NCBI RefSeq assembly: GCF_006345805.1
Contig: NC_042999.1
Location: forward strand, 71,858,001 to 71,922,000
Length of the DNA stretch: 64,000 nt
Direction of reading: 5' to 3'
From: Octopus sinensis
Taxonomy: Eukaryota
A model generated the notes under the pieces. The model saw nothing but the letters and a program-made list of their open reading frames with translations. It ran no database searches and was not told the DNA's origin. A program made the translations under genes and the position numbers. Shown here one piece after another: positions 26,981-40,220 of the stretch; positions within the stretch are counted from its first letter, which is position 1; each line of letters starts with the position of its first letter.

Positions 26981-27395
26981 AGGCGCAGGAGTGGCAGTGT
27001 GGTAAGTAGTTTGCTTACGAACCACATGGTTCCGGGTTCAGTCCCACTGCGTGGCACCTTGGGCAATTGTCTTCTACTATAGCCTCGGGCCGACCAAAGC
27101 CTTGTGAGTGGATTTGGTAGACGGAAACTGAAAGAAGCCCGTATATATGTTTATATATATGTGTGTGTTTGTATGTGTGTGCGTATATGCTTGTGTGTCA
27201 GTTTGACCCCAGCATCGCTTGACAACCGATGCCGTTATGTTTACGTCCCCGTAACTTAGCGGTTCGGCCAAAGAAACCGATAGAATAAGTAGTAGGCTTA
27301 CAAAGAATAAGTCCTGGGGTTGATGTGCTCGACTAAATGCGGTGTTCCAGCATGGCCACAGTCAAACGACTGAAACAAGTAAAAGAGTAAAGAGT
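26981..27395 (+). mobile_element. Full-length octopus-type tRNA-derived SINE
   Basis: A-box-like TGGCAGTGTGG and B-box-like GGTTCAGTCCC, body with internal (TG/TA)n, tail CCAGCATGGCCACAGTCAAACGACTGAAACAAGTAAAAGAG. Confidence 0.9.
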
Positions 27396-28265
27396 AGAGA
27401 GAGAGATTAAGATCGGTTGTGAAAATAAATACCGTATTTAAAGCATATGCGTCTTAAACTCATTCGGAGATTGGTTCGACAGGATTCGGCATGATTACAT
27501 CTTTTAAATGTAGCACTCCAAAATCATAGCCTTCACTCTACATCGAGTATAACCTTGTTGCATATACCATGCTTTTGATGTAGGTTTCTCTCTCAACTCA
27601 ACGTTGGAGCGTGAAAGCAAGTGGTATTCATATTTGTGTGGTCGTATGTTAAATAATATAACAACAATTGACGGTAAAATAAGTATTTGTTCCGAATTTT
27701 GACATAATTACTGTTTCTACCATCACAAACATCATAATGACCTTCATCATTAAAATCATTGTTGTCATCAACAGCATTATCATTACATTCACCCACTAGG
27801 AAGTACTGAGTCATTACACTAAGTACGATTGCTTAAATGTTTGAGAAATGGTCCTATAAGCAATAGGCCTGCAGCGTAAAACATCTACGATGTTTACTTG
27901 CACGTGACGCTACATATGGGTATGTTATGCTTTAAGGGGTCTTAAAGAGTGAAAAAAAGGCTGCATTTACTGCAAATGAGTATATTTCTGGTCGAAAAGT
28001 GAAAGTTTTATTTATTATAAGAAAAATCAATCACGCGGTTGAGATTAAATATGCAAAGTTATATTCACGAGTTTTATGTCCAGTAAAATGGAGACTCATC
28101 ATCGATTACAAAATATAATCTTTTAATAATTCCTGAAATTAATCAGGAATGGTATAAAGGAATGGTATGAACCCACTTAAATAGATGATAAATAGCAGTA
28201 TTTCGCTTATTTCTACTTCTTGCTTAATATACATTTTCTTTGTGTGTGTATTTATATATGTATAA

Positions 28266-28331
<66 letters not shown>

Positions 28332-28364
28332 TTTATTTAAAAGCAGCAGAAAATTCAACAAAAC

Positions 28365-28402
28365 CTGTTACTCTGAGTTTCACGTTCCCGTTCGTCGGAC
28401 AG
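28365..28402 (-). ncRNA. Minimal type-I HHR (C4 variant), minus-strand arm of the palindrome
   Basis: CTGT CCGACGA ACG-GGAA-CGT GAAAC TCAGA GTA/ACAG. Confidence 0.65.
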
Positions 28403-28415
28403 TTTTTGCTACAAT

Positions 28416-28453
28416 CTGTCCGACGAACGGGAACGTGAAACTCAGAGTAACAG
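28416..28453 (+). ncRNA. Minimal type-I HHR (C4 variant), plus-strand arm of the palindrome
   Basis: CTGT CCGACGA ACG-GGAA-CGT GAAAC TCAGA GTA/ACAG; stem III is the near-palindrome ACTCAGAGT. Confidence 0.65.
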
Positions 28454-29475
28454 GTTTTGTTGAATTTTCTGCTGCTTTTAAATAAAGTATATTACTCTAC
28501 CACTGGTATTTGAGTACTCTTTTTTCGACCTTGTTTCACATTTATTGTTATGGTTCAGCATCAGATTGCTCTTGAAACATCCATTGCAGAGATTACTAAT
28601 AACAGCTATGATTAAACGTTTGTAGGAACAAATAATATAAACATTTTGATTATTGTTCCTGTATGTATATATGTATGAATGTATACATAAATATATGTAT
28701 GTTTGCCATAGGTATGACTTAAACTGCATCCGGTAGTGAAGTCCAGGCATGGGACTTCCGAGATTATTGTTCCCAGTCTGTTCTTACCCGGAGTAGTAAG
28801 GACCCAGTTATGGGTTAACAAATATATGAATCACTGAGGAGTACCCCTAGATCTCGTTTGAGCTTCCTTCTAGGCGAAAGTAAACGCATATATAAAAAAA
28901 GAAACCTTCAGAGCAGTCGGTTCTCTGATGTTTCCACCTCTGTTGTTAAACTGGTGCTGTAGCTCGTGCTGTAGATGATTGCGTTGGGAAGTGGACTCAA
29001 TAATGTGCAGCAATTTATCCACTGAAGGCAAATTCATGCACAGGAACTTCTTGGACTCTCGGAACATTCGCATGGTCTGAGTTTAGGAAGTGATCTTACA
29101 CAGTCAGAATTTATTTTCATCATATATGCAAACACATATACATACATACATGCATGCATACATACATACATACATACATACATACATACATACATACATA
29201 CATACATACATACATACATACACACACACATACATACATACATACATACACATTTAAACGCAAACACACATACACACACACATGAATATATATATACATG
29301 CAAATATGTATATATTACGCATAAGCAAAGCCTGAAAGATTGCTTTAAGATACATAGGATATCCTATAGATATGATGTTTAAGTACCATAAGTAGCTCAT
29401 TCGGCTGTGTAGTTAATTTGATACATTTATATATATAGCAACATCTGATAGCCTAGTCGGTCACGTTATCACGTG

Positions 29476-29524
<49 letters not shown>

Positions 29525-29560
29525 TATATATACGTTTCATAATACATATAATACACACAT

Positions 29561-29651
<91 letters not shown>

Positions 29652-30725
29652 AAGGAGACGTGTGTGTATGTGTGTGTGTGTTCGCCTTTCATGTGAAAAC
29701 GGCTGCACGAATTGCTTCCATACTTGGTATGCATGGATAATACGGTTATTCTTTTCCTTAAAATAAATAATATTTCTCAATGTCAACTTCTAGTATTGAT
29801 GTAAAAGCGGCGAAGTCTCTTATTCTCTATTTTAATGTTTTCATTTCAAGTTTCAATTCGCTATTTGTAAACAACTAAGATAAATTACTAAAAGCACTAT
29901 TTACTAAGTTCACAAATTTAGATATTAGCTACAAGATAGTTCTTAACGTGCTTTTATTTATACGATGTTTTCATTTCGCGTTTATCTCATTCATTATTTA
30001 CAATGTTCTCTCCCCCACTCTCTCTCCCTCTCTCTCATACGCACACAAACTCCAGGTTTGATTTCGTTATTACACGAATATCACATTAAAATTTTGCAAT
30101 TCAGCATGGGGCGTTCAAGAAATATGGGCATTCTTTCGCTTGAACTCACAAACTTCGTTAATTTCCGTTTTTTCTTTTAATTATTTACTTTTTGCGCGCC
30201 GTATTTAGCTCTATGCATTTGTAGAGAGTCACACACGCACGCGTATGTTTTTGTATGTACGTTTGTATACATCTGTGTATGTGTATGTGTGTGTGGGGGG
30301 AGAGTGTGTTTGAATGAAGGAGTGTGTTGTCATGTATACGTACATACATAAATACATATACGTACATCTTTTTTGTATGTACGTATACGTGTGTGTGAGA
30401 GAAACAGAAAGAGAGTGATGTCTAAGTGGCACTCACTCTCTATCATTCTCCCTCTCTCTCTCTCTCTCACACACACACATACGTACAAAAAAGATATATG
30501 CTTATTTATAAATCTACGTACGTATAAATGATATCACACCCCTTCACTCGCTCTTTCTCTCTCTCTCCCTCTCTCACACACACATCCATTTCATCTGATG
30601 TTTGATACTGTATGTATATGTATCTGTGTGTGTGTGTGTGTGCATATGCGTGCGCGCGTGCGCATGTGAGTGGTATTCCACAATCACCAGAAAAAATGAT
30701 ATGTGACAATTATTCGCTAGCCAAG

Positions 30726-30784
30726 ATAAAACTCTGAGTTTCGGATGCCGAGGTAGAAATCCACAACATCATCTCTTCGGTTAT
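30726..30784 (-). ncRNA. Type-I HHR-like motif (C4 variant) next to a TA-rich tract
   Basis: Minus strand: ATAA CCGAAGA GATG-(22 nt)-CATC C GAAAC TCAGA GTT/TTAT. Confidence 0.55.
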
Positions 30785-30850
30785 ATATAAATATTTATAC
30801 ATACATATATATGTATATATATATACATATATACATATATATATGTATTC

Positions 30851-30882
<32 letters not shown>

Positions 30883-31133
30883 GCATAGCATGGTTTCTCT
30901 TTATTTCTCAAACTCATAATAATAATATATAACGACACTTTGAAAATCTTAGAACACACATATACACACACCACGCTCTACCGTTGGTAAGTGCGCTTAA
31001 ATCAGTCCAATGTGTGCGTGTATGTGTGTGTGTATGCGTGTGTGTGCATGTGTATGGATGTGAATGTGTATGTATGTGCTTATATGTATATTGCTTCCAT
31101 ATCCTTATGCTTGTTCTATTACTTTATCAAAAG

Positions 31134-31265
31134 GGTCAATGTGGTGCCAAGCAGGAGAACAATTTATGTGCCCAAAAAACTATCGATGTATAAAAAAAGA
31201 ATTCCTATGTGACGGTTTCAACGATTGTAAAAACACGTGGAGAGGCACAGATGAATCCTTTTGTG
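31134..31265 (+). CDS. Exon: LDLa module of a GRL101-like receptor
   Basis: caaaag|GG TCA...TTT TGT G|gtaagc, 132 nt, phase 1-1. Encodes SMWCQAGEQFMCPKNYRCIKKEFLCDGFNDCKNTWRGTDESFC. Confidence 0.9.
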
Positions 31266-32399
31266 GTAAGCAAATATTTATATTGATAATATATTGATAA
31301 AGATAATCAGCTGAGCCAAAATGCTTTGTGTTATTACTTTTTCTTACTATTTTCAAATCTTGCCAGGCTGATTTTCTTCCCTGTTGATAAAAAATATATC
31401 AGATGTCTTAATCAGCTACACTGATTCTCTAACATATGTTACAATACGTTTGTTATAATACGGCATATTGTGGGCGCCCTGTAATTTAAATAACAGAGAT
31501 AAGCCGAGTTTATATTCTGATTTTATATCTGCCCAGTTTTATTTAAATTCAGTAGCGTAATTTAGGTCCACCATATATATATATACAAATATATATACAT
31601 ACATATATATATGCTGATATATATATACGTGTGTGTATCTGTGTGTGTGCGAGCGCATATGTATATGTGTGCTTGTGTGCGTATGTACCTGTGTGTATGT
31701 ATACATGCATATATATAACATCACGAAGCAGATCTTTAGGTTAGATCAAATATGTTTGTGACATATTTTTAATTCTAAAGGCAATTTCAATGCAGTTTAC
31801 CCTAGATAAAACATTCTCATTTATGGTAAGTTCGTAAATATACCATTATTAGCCCAGTGGCGCCCACCATTTGAGCTATAGATATATTTCTGGCTTGTTA
31901 TGCGTTCTTCAGAAAAGCATACCAAAAAGAAGCAACTCTTTGCCGATTAGTAAACTATAGCGTATTTACAGCTTTGCGAAGTGTGAAGTATTTTCTGCCT
32001 GGTAAACTGCAGTGAAATTGCATTTAGAAGTAAATATATGCCAGAAACATCTCTGAACTAACCTAAAGTTTATTTTCAGCCACTGCTTCGCGCTACTACT
32101 TATATATTTGATCAGATTTGAAGGTCTACAAGCCGAAATCAGTCACTAGCATTGACTGAATCATTATGAAGTTACGGCTTTGTAATCAGCTCAGCATAAC
32201 TTGTTTGTTATCCCGCACGAGGAAGGCGTAACGAACTGGAAATGCATGTGGGAGTACAATAGAATACACAACTGAGTTGATAATTGTGTATTTATACTTT
32301 GGCCATAAGTAAGAATTATTTCTCCGCGGTAAACAGCTTTGAAATTGTCTTTAGGTGTTGAAATATGTCAAAAATATATTTCCGGTAATTTAAAGTATA

Positions 32400-32419
32400 T
32401 TCATACATACACACATACA

Positions 32420-32498
<79 letters not shown>

Positions 32499-32576
32499 AT
32501 GTCTGTTTGTCTCTCTCTCTTTCTCTCTCTGTCTCTCTCTCTATATATATATATTTACACACACACACACACACGC

Positions 32577-32659
<83 letters not shown>

Positions 32660-32670
32660 CATACATACAT
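32400..32670. repeat. Compound microsatellite (TCTA)n-(TC)n-(CA)n-(TA)n
   Basis: Direct reading. Confidence 0.95.
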
Positions 32671-33847
32671 ATTCACTGATAGATAAATAAATAAATAGAT
32701 TTATACATCAAAACAACGGAAAGAAATTTATAAACGAAAAATTTTCTTCGCGGGTTCCACTGGTTACTATTAATCTCAGACATAAGTAAATATATAAATA
32801 AGAGGAAATCAATAAATGAATTCTTGATTCATAGGAAAACATGACTGTTACAAAATAGCAAATGTTTTCATTTCAAAGAAATACTATTAACATATATCGC
32901 AATAAACAAATTATCAAAAATTGTTAGTGATACAAATATAATGAACTTCCAAAGTACTTATAAAAATTCACGAAATTCAGAGAAAAACTTTTGTTGAGTT
33001 AGACTAGCCGTAGTTTCCTCCGGTTCTTAAGTTACGGATTAATATAGTCTATCCAATGAATCTTTGAGATAATCTTGATTTAAGTTAAAATGAGTGCTTG
33101 CGTTTGAATCTCCAAGGCACAATTATTAATAAAAAAAGGTTTCTTTATAACTATTTATATGATCTGTATATAATTTTAAATGGTACCTCTTGTGGTCCGA
33201 TGGGGAATATTCGTTTTTGTTTCATTAAGCTCATTTTCAATGTTGTTACTGAAGAGTCAACTGATTCAATAACGATGTTATTCTTTGCAGGTTTCATACA
33301 TTGACTTGAAAATTAGGTCAGTGTGTTCAAATCAGAAAAAGCTACGAAACCACATCATCATACTCTTCCTTTATATCTTGTCGGATATTAACTACAATCT
33401 CATCATCGCTTAGGACATATTTTATGCCCTCATGAACCACATGCCTGACATTCGACTCAATTGGAGTTCTCGTAAATGATATCATGTAACAATTCAGCGA
33501 ATTAGTCCACCTTAGACATATTTTCCCTCTAATCAGGGATAACGTATCCCCCACAAGAGGTTTCTAGGTGTTACCCAACCGTGAACACTAAGGACTCGAC
33601 CACGTCTGAAACACTGGCGAACTCCGAGTTTCTGTGGCTGGTGATTAGAGCCATGAGGGTGGCAAGCCGTCTCGTTTTCTGTGCCTGACTGAAACTTGCC
33701 ATGTTGATGCTATCGATACACCGGAAAGGAAATTGATAAAATAAGCATTTGGTGTATGCTTTGCAACATTAAATCATACTGTTTTTACTTATGGCCACTA
33801 GATTTTGTTCTCAGATGTCCAGAGTTTTCTACATAACTTTACTAGAA

Positions 33848-34388
33848 CAACGTAAAGTATACTAGCTATCTCAATATGGCTAACCACTAGAGTTGGGTGT
33901 TACTGTAGCTTTTTAGCCCCAGGAGATCATCGTCTCCAGCTTGCTTTAGACACAATTTCTGTGCCCTTATGATATTTGCAAAGGGAGGTCATCCCCTCTC
34001 GAAAATCCAAGTTATGCGCATGGACTGCAGTTTCGAGATTATTGTCTCTTGTCAACACACGCTAATCACCGTTTTTCGATTAGGGAGACCTGTTTGCGAA
34101 TATCTATTTAATGTTTTTCCCAGTAACCACTGTCACTGATTTCGAAAAACGCTCTGAAAGCAATAATAAATCTCTGAGTGAGATGTAAACAGTAAGCGCT
34201 GTGCCCTTATGACAATATCATAAGGGCACAGAAATTGTGTCTAAAGCCAGCTGGAGACGATGATCTCCTGGGGCTAAAAAGCTACAGTAACACCCACCCC
34301 TAGTGGTTAGCCATATTGAGATGGCTAGTATACTTTACGTTGTCGAGCGCTTACTGTTTACATCTCGCTCAGAGATTTATTATTGCTT
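33848..34388. mobile_element. Retrozyme-like HHR repeat: a minus-strand copy plus an inverted plus-strand 3' segment
   Basis: 33848-33975 is the reverse complement of 34215-34342, and 34158-34200 is the reverse complement of 34346-34388. There is a 12-bp junction hairpin at 34200-34230. Homologous to 62928-63280. Confidence 0.8.
34016..34062 (-). ncRNA. Minimal type-I HHR, U3:A8 core variant
   Basis: GCGTGTG TTGACAA GAGA-CAATAA-TCTC GAAAC TGCA GTC/CATGCGC; all three stems pair and the stem-III loop is palindromic. Confidence 0.8.
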
Positions 34389-34682
34389 TACTAGAACATT
34401 TCGTATCCTACACCAATGTTCTTATGAAAGACTGCCTTACGATAGTTTCACTTTGTATTTCGTTATTTGCAAGTCGTTAGTTATGGTGATTAAATAACTA
34501 TGCCTTTGGATATGCAAATATTTCTTCGCGTGTTCAGGTTTTATTGTGTCTGTATTGCTCTATACAAGCTATTTTGTGATTTTTCTCTGCAGATATGTGA
34601 CGTATATATATTTCCCATTTTGAATATATATTATAGTGTGCATTGTATTAATGGTCATATATTTTCTCTTTTTACATGGCAG

Positions 34683-34811
34683 TAAACTCTAGCAATAGCT
34701 GTAATATCTTCAAATCCAATTTTATGTGTCAGGAAGGCCGATGTTTGCCATCATTACTTCAATGCAACACATTTATAGACTGCCTAAACGGCGAAGATGA
34801 ATCCAATTGCA
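34683..34811 (+). CDS. Exon: LDLa module of a GRL101-like receptor
   Basis: tggcag|TA AAC...AAT TGC A|gtaagt, 129 nt, phase 1-1. Encodes NSSNSCNIFKSNFMCQEGRCLPSLLQCNTFIDCLNGEDESNC. Confidence 0.92.
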
Positions 34812-36466
34812 GTAAGTATAAATTGTCATTACAGAATTTTATCATTTGTCATTTTCAATATTACTTGGTTGTATTATAATGTTTATCTCCTAAGAAAATA
34901 CACAATTGCCGGTAATTTGTTTTCATTTGTGTCAGAATGGTGGAATTATATGGTTGAATCATATGGTTTTAAGCGATATATTCTTACTTCCTACGTCAAT
35001 ATATATATACACAATTTTTCTGGGGGTGAAATAATTCACTAAAATATATACTAATTTATTTAGCTTTGTCTTTATTTTAGATCTTACATTAATACCTTCC
35101 AAGTATTAGGTCGCAGCAAGGTGAACTGGGTGATCGTTACAGCATTGTATCTCAGAAACAATGCTGTGACTGGGGAGCAAATTTATTTCCGCTAACCTTT
35201 CGTCTCCCTGTAATCATTTTCCACAGAAATCTATTAATAATCAGGTATTTATCTCATCGCCACACAATATATTGCATTGTGTTAGGGAATGGTTTGAGTA
35301 AAATATTTATAATCAAAAAGACTTTGTAAATACACATTTCTGACGAATGAAAATCAACACCTGTTATACTTTTCTCTAAACAGTTAATCCACGCTTTAAA
35401 AATTTTGTAAGATGATCTTGGATCAGACTGGACAATTTATCGCGAGTTTAGAAGAACCAAAATTAGAGTGGAGACTGCAAGGCAAGCCAAGTTGAATTAA
35501 CTTGTATTTCGTATACACACGTTCAGATGTATGCATGAACTCAGTCACATACAATAATATACCAATGCTATTTTGCATAGTTCCTAATTTGACCGAATAC
35601 AAGACAACTTTTGCAATGTTTTTGAAAACTACTTTCACAATATTACTAGCAATAATCCCTTCTCTGACAATTTTGAATACGTTATCGAAATTTTCGAGCC
35701 GATTTGGATTCCTAATTGAAGTCCCTTCATTATATCTATGTTTATAAAGTATAAAGAAAAAAGTAATATTTGAATTCGTATATGCCTTGATTCCATAGAT
35801 GCTACTAAAATAAATAATATAAAAATAAGAAATAAGAATTTCTGAAGATAAATAGTTTCGCTTTCCAAACAAACGACTTGATTTTATACAAGTAATAATA
35901 ATCTCGGCATTTTGATGTCAGTTGTTGAGTTTTCTGAATGTTTCCGTATAAGCATAAATTTAAAAGTGTTGTTTAAACGTCTATGAATAAAAGCAAACTA
36001 TAAAACAAATTACTTTTCCGTGATTAAGTTGATAAATTGTTTGAAACAACGACACGTGAAAATGATTTAAATTAAGAATATTTTTCACAGAATTGATTTC
36101 TATATTCCTCCAGGCTTTCGACTGTTTAGTGTTTGTATTACTGATTATTTTTTTTTACTAAAGCAATAAGTAAGCGAAGGAGCAAAACATAAACAGATGA
36201 AAAAAGGAGGGAAACGGAGAGAGTGTGAGAAAGAGAGATAATAGAGATAGATTGTTTGAATCTTGAAGTGCAAAAGCTGATAACAGAGAAAGCGAGAGAT
36301 ATTTGCCAGTAACACAAAGGATAAAAATGAGCGATAAAAATACAGAATAGCTGAACGAACATTCACTAATAGAAAAACAAAGAAATTATTAAAATATCAA
36401 GTAAAAGCAGGAAATACAAATTGAATTATGCATTACATTCTGCTTCTTTCTTTCTGTCTCTAACTT

Positions 36467-36505
<39 letters not shown>

Positions 36506-36686
36506 CGCTTGCTATATATATAAATATATATATATGGCCGTCTTTTCGTTTTCTGCTTAATTCACTGAAGAAGTTTTTATAGATAATTATCTCAGTAATA
36601 TTACCTCGAAATTTATAAAATTTTGGAACGATACTTTATAAAACAGAATAAAAATAAGTCTGTACATTTTAGTTTTCAGCTCCTAT

Positions 36687-36717
<31 letters not shown>

Positions 36718-38294
36718 GTGTGTGTCTGTGTGTGTGTATGTATGTATTTATATGTATATGTATGTAAGTATGTATGTATGCATATATATATATATTAGGA
36801 ATGGCATAAATTTAAATTAGGTGTGAATAAAACTTGACATGATCAACAGCAAAAAATGAAAAGAAAAAAATAACATTACAGATTTTTCAATTTTTGTAAT
36901 GATTTATCTAATTAAAGAAAGTAAATTTATTTTAATTAAGAAACTGATTTAGATGTGAAATTCTCCAGAAGCTCGTTGTAAATTTCATTCATCGATGCAC
37001 TACAAAAGTGTGAGGTCATCTCGATCGAATGCATTGATTTGTTACGAAAATAGACAATATCATTTTTTGGTTGAGGTAAACAACAGCAAGAAAGAATCCG
37101 AATGCTTACTAAGATCAAAGATCAGTAAGAAGTAGATTAACAATAAATCGTATAGTGAAATAACAGTCAAGAGACAAAAGCCTTATGATCGCACGGGCGA
37201 CTAAGTCAACCTAAATACAAATTGTTTCATTTCGTTCTGAAGAGAATGCCTTTATTAATCGCCGAACCTTCAAAAATAGTTGCAAATTCTCCCTCAAGTT
37301 ATGTCCTACTGTCTTCAAAACGAAAGGATATACTAGACTGTATAACTAAGTAGTATAATTTTACATATATCATATAATAGAAAAGTTAAGGTACTCGCAT
37401 TTTAACGAACAATACTATACAGATTTGTACGATTATTGTTGGCGTGGAAGCACAAACGTAGCTTCATATTTTATCAATTTGAAAGAAATGTTAGCTGATG
37501 TCAAGAAAGGGTAATTTTAAATGAGAACAACGAGACGATTAAAATTAGAGCAGGTAGTAACTTTAACTAATATTATTGCTAAGTAACGGTACCTTACTGG
37601 TTGACAGGAGATAGCAGAGTACAGCAGCCTATGAAGGGTTGCTGAGAAGTTACTGGCTTTAGGTAAAAGAAAATAAAGGAAGATCAGTTCATTATTATTT
37701 TATTGAACATGTTCCCCTCTCAGATTCACGCACTTATTGCAGCGATCCTTCAGTTTTTTTACTAAGCCCTGTAAACGGACTTGGAAGGTTGGGCTTCGAA
37801 CCAGGCCTCTCGCGACACCCTTAAAGGTAGGAACTTTTCAACACCCCTTTATAGTTACTCCTTGATTTGATAGAAATGACAACCTAATTTCCTTTAAATC
37901 ATATTTTGTTGTTCTCAAAAGTACATGGAAGCATACATTGGAAAACTTATTATTAATTATGTAGATATGACATACTTCAAGAAGGACGGACTGATCATTG
38001 CTGGAATGCTCTTGATCAAAGGGATATTGGGGTTAACCAACAAGATAAAAAGAAACAGATGTCTTTATGAATGCACAAGTACTTGTCATATAATTTTATG
38101 TGTTTCTTCTACTTGTTTCAATCATTGGACTGCGGTTATACTGAGACACCGCCATGAAGAATATTTGTCGAACAAATTAACTCCAGTACTTTCTTTTTCA
38201 AAGCTTGGTCCTTATTCTATCGGTTTCTTTACCGAACAGCTAACTTCTAGCTTTCCGCCAAGGATTCCGATTGATCCGATCAACTAAATAGCCT

Positions 38295-38557
38295 ACTCGT
38301 GAAACTAACGTACAAGTGGGTGAGCACTCGACAGAAACTTGTACACTTAACGAAGTTCTCAGCGAGATTCAGTGAGACACAAAGTATGACAAGGCTGGCC
38401 CTTTGAAATACATGTGCTACTCATTTTTGGCAGCTGAGTGGACTGGAGCGACGTGAAATAAAGTATTTTGCTCAATGACACAATGCATCGCTGAGTATTG
38501 AACACACGACCATACGATCGTGAACCGAATGCTGTAACCACTTGGCCACACGCCTTC
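38295..38557 (-). mobile_element. tRNA-derived SINE
   Basis: Minus-strand head GAAGGCGTGTGGCCAAGTGGTTACAGCATTCGG...GTGTTCAATACTC has A- and B-box-like motifs. Confidence 0.7.
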
Positions 38558-38691
38558 GCACTACTATGTTACGTGGGCGTAAACACGCCAACACTGACTG
38601 TCGAGCTTTGGAGAGGGACAGACACAGGCAAAAAGACACGCACACACACAAACACATTCACACGCATTCACACACGTATGTGTATATGTGA

Positions 38692-38772
<81 letters not shown>

Positions 38773-39167
38773 TGTATGTATATACCTCACAATCACAAGT
38801 TCAATTTTCCTCAATTGATCAATAGACCAATTGAGTAAACCTACCAATAATGTAATTATAATGACTACTAGAAATAACTGTAAGCCAAATGTGTTCCAAT
38901 AATGGAAAAAAAAAATGTAATGCCCATGATTTTAAACTTGTTTCTTATATACTACTGTGTGTTAAAACCAGTTTATCTGAGCCGTCAACAAATTTACAAT
39001 ATAGAATTCGCAATATAGAATTACCTGACGTTTTTCACTAATCTAAGTAACATTGTTTGCCTAGTGATTCAACAGAGAGTTTATGGAGTATTTTGCCCGA
39101 ATTGATAATCTATAGATATATGCATACATACACACAAACATACATATATATATAAACATATATATAT

Positions 39168-39235
<68 letters not shown>

Positions 39236-39504
39236 TATATATATGTAGAAGGTTGAAAAGGAACACATGAGTTGATATATATGGACCCACAAGAGAAAAC
39301 AAGAGATACAGAGACAGGCAGAGACAAGGAAAATGTTCCTTGTATTTGAATACTATGCTAATATTCCTTTAAAAAACTTTTCTTTTACTCTTTCGAAAAT
39401 TTAAATGTTTCCCATATTTACAGTTGAAGGAGTCTCAATGACTGAAACCGGTAGAGAAAAGTTTTTTATAAAATTATTTTAGCATTTTCTACTTTGGCTT
39501 TATG

Positions 39505-39574
<70 letters not shown>

Positions 39575-39697
39575 ATATATAAATTTATATAAATAAGGAT
39601 AATATCGTTAACTTAAAAATAAAATAATGATTTTATCAAGTGGTCAGCATGTAAAAAATAACCTTCAAAGGTAATAATTATTAAAATTATTAATTAG

Positions 39698-40042
39698 GGT
39701 ATCTACGATATACCACCATGCTGAAAATAGCAGCCATGATCTGACTCTAAAATCACCTTAATTGTCCACATATCAACACGGAGAGAAAACAAAGAGACAA
39801 GATGAAACTGATAAAAAATTACTGGATAATTCTAGATCACGGATTTTTGGATTGCATTTAGGAATGCTTTGCCTCGTCAGTAGAATACACACAGAAGAGA
39901 AACATAAATACATATGTACTTTTTTTACTAGTTTCATCTTGCCTCTTTGTTTTCTCTCCGTGTTGACATGTGGACAATTAAGGTGGTTTTAGAGTCAGAT
40001 CATGCCTGCTATTTTCAGCATGATGGTATCTTGTAGATAACC
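39698..40042. mobile_element. About 120-bp inverted repeat enclosing a decayed HHR, abutting (TA)n (PLE-type remnant)
   Basis: About 39698-39818 versus 39921-40042 are reverse complements with a few mismatches; HHR-like motif at 39829-39886 in the spacer. Confidence 0.7.
39829..39886 (-). ncRNA. Degenerate type-I HHR (GAAA read as AAAA)
   Basis: ATTCTA CTGACGA GG...GCATT-CCTA-AATGC...CC (A)AAAA TCCGTG ATC/TAGAAT. Confidence 0.45.
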
Positions 40043-40049
40043 AAATTTA

Positions 40050-40104
<55 letters not shown>

Positions 40105-40121
40105 GTATGGACGTAAGTATG

Positions 40122-40153
<32 letters not shown>

Positions 40154-40180
40154 CATATGCATGTATATATATACATATGC

Positions 40181-40220
<40 letters not shown>

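Larger units (their letters stand above)
28326..28492. repeat. 77-bp perfect inverted repeat (13-nt spacer) next to (TA)n; each arm carries an HHR
   Basis: 28326-28402 is the reverse complement of 28416-28492 by direct reading. Confidence 0.92.

Noticed and set aside
35423-35872. 149-aa minus-strand ORF (possible nested gene exon)
   Set aside because: No recognisable domain or motif, and an AT-rich intron-like 5' third; needs a BLAST search to rescue.
39418-39460. AGTC-TCAAT-GACT GAAAC CG GTA with upstream TTGAAGG
   Set aside because: Stems II and III look HHR-like, but the core has two non-compensated changes and stem I does not pair; at best a fossil.
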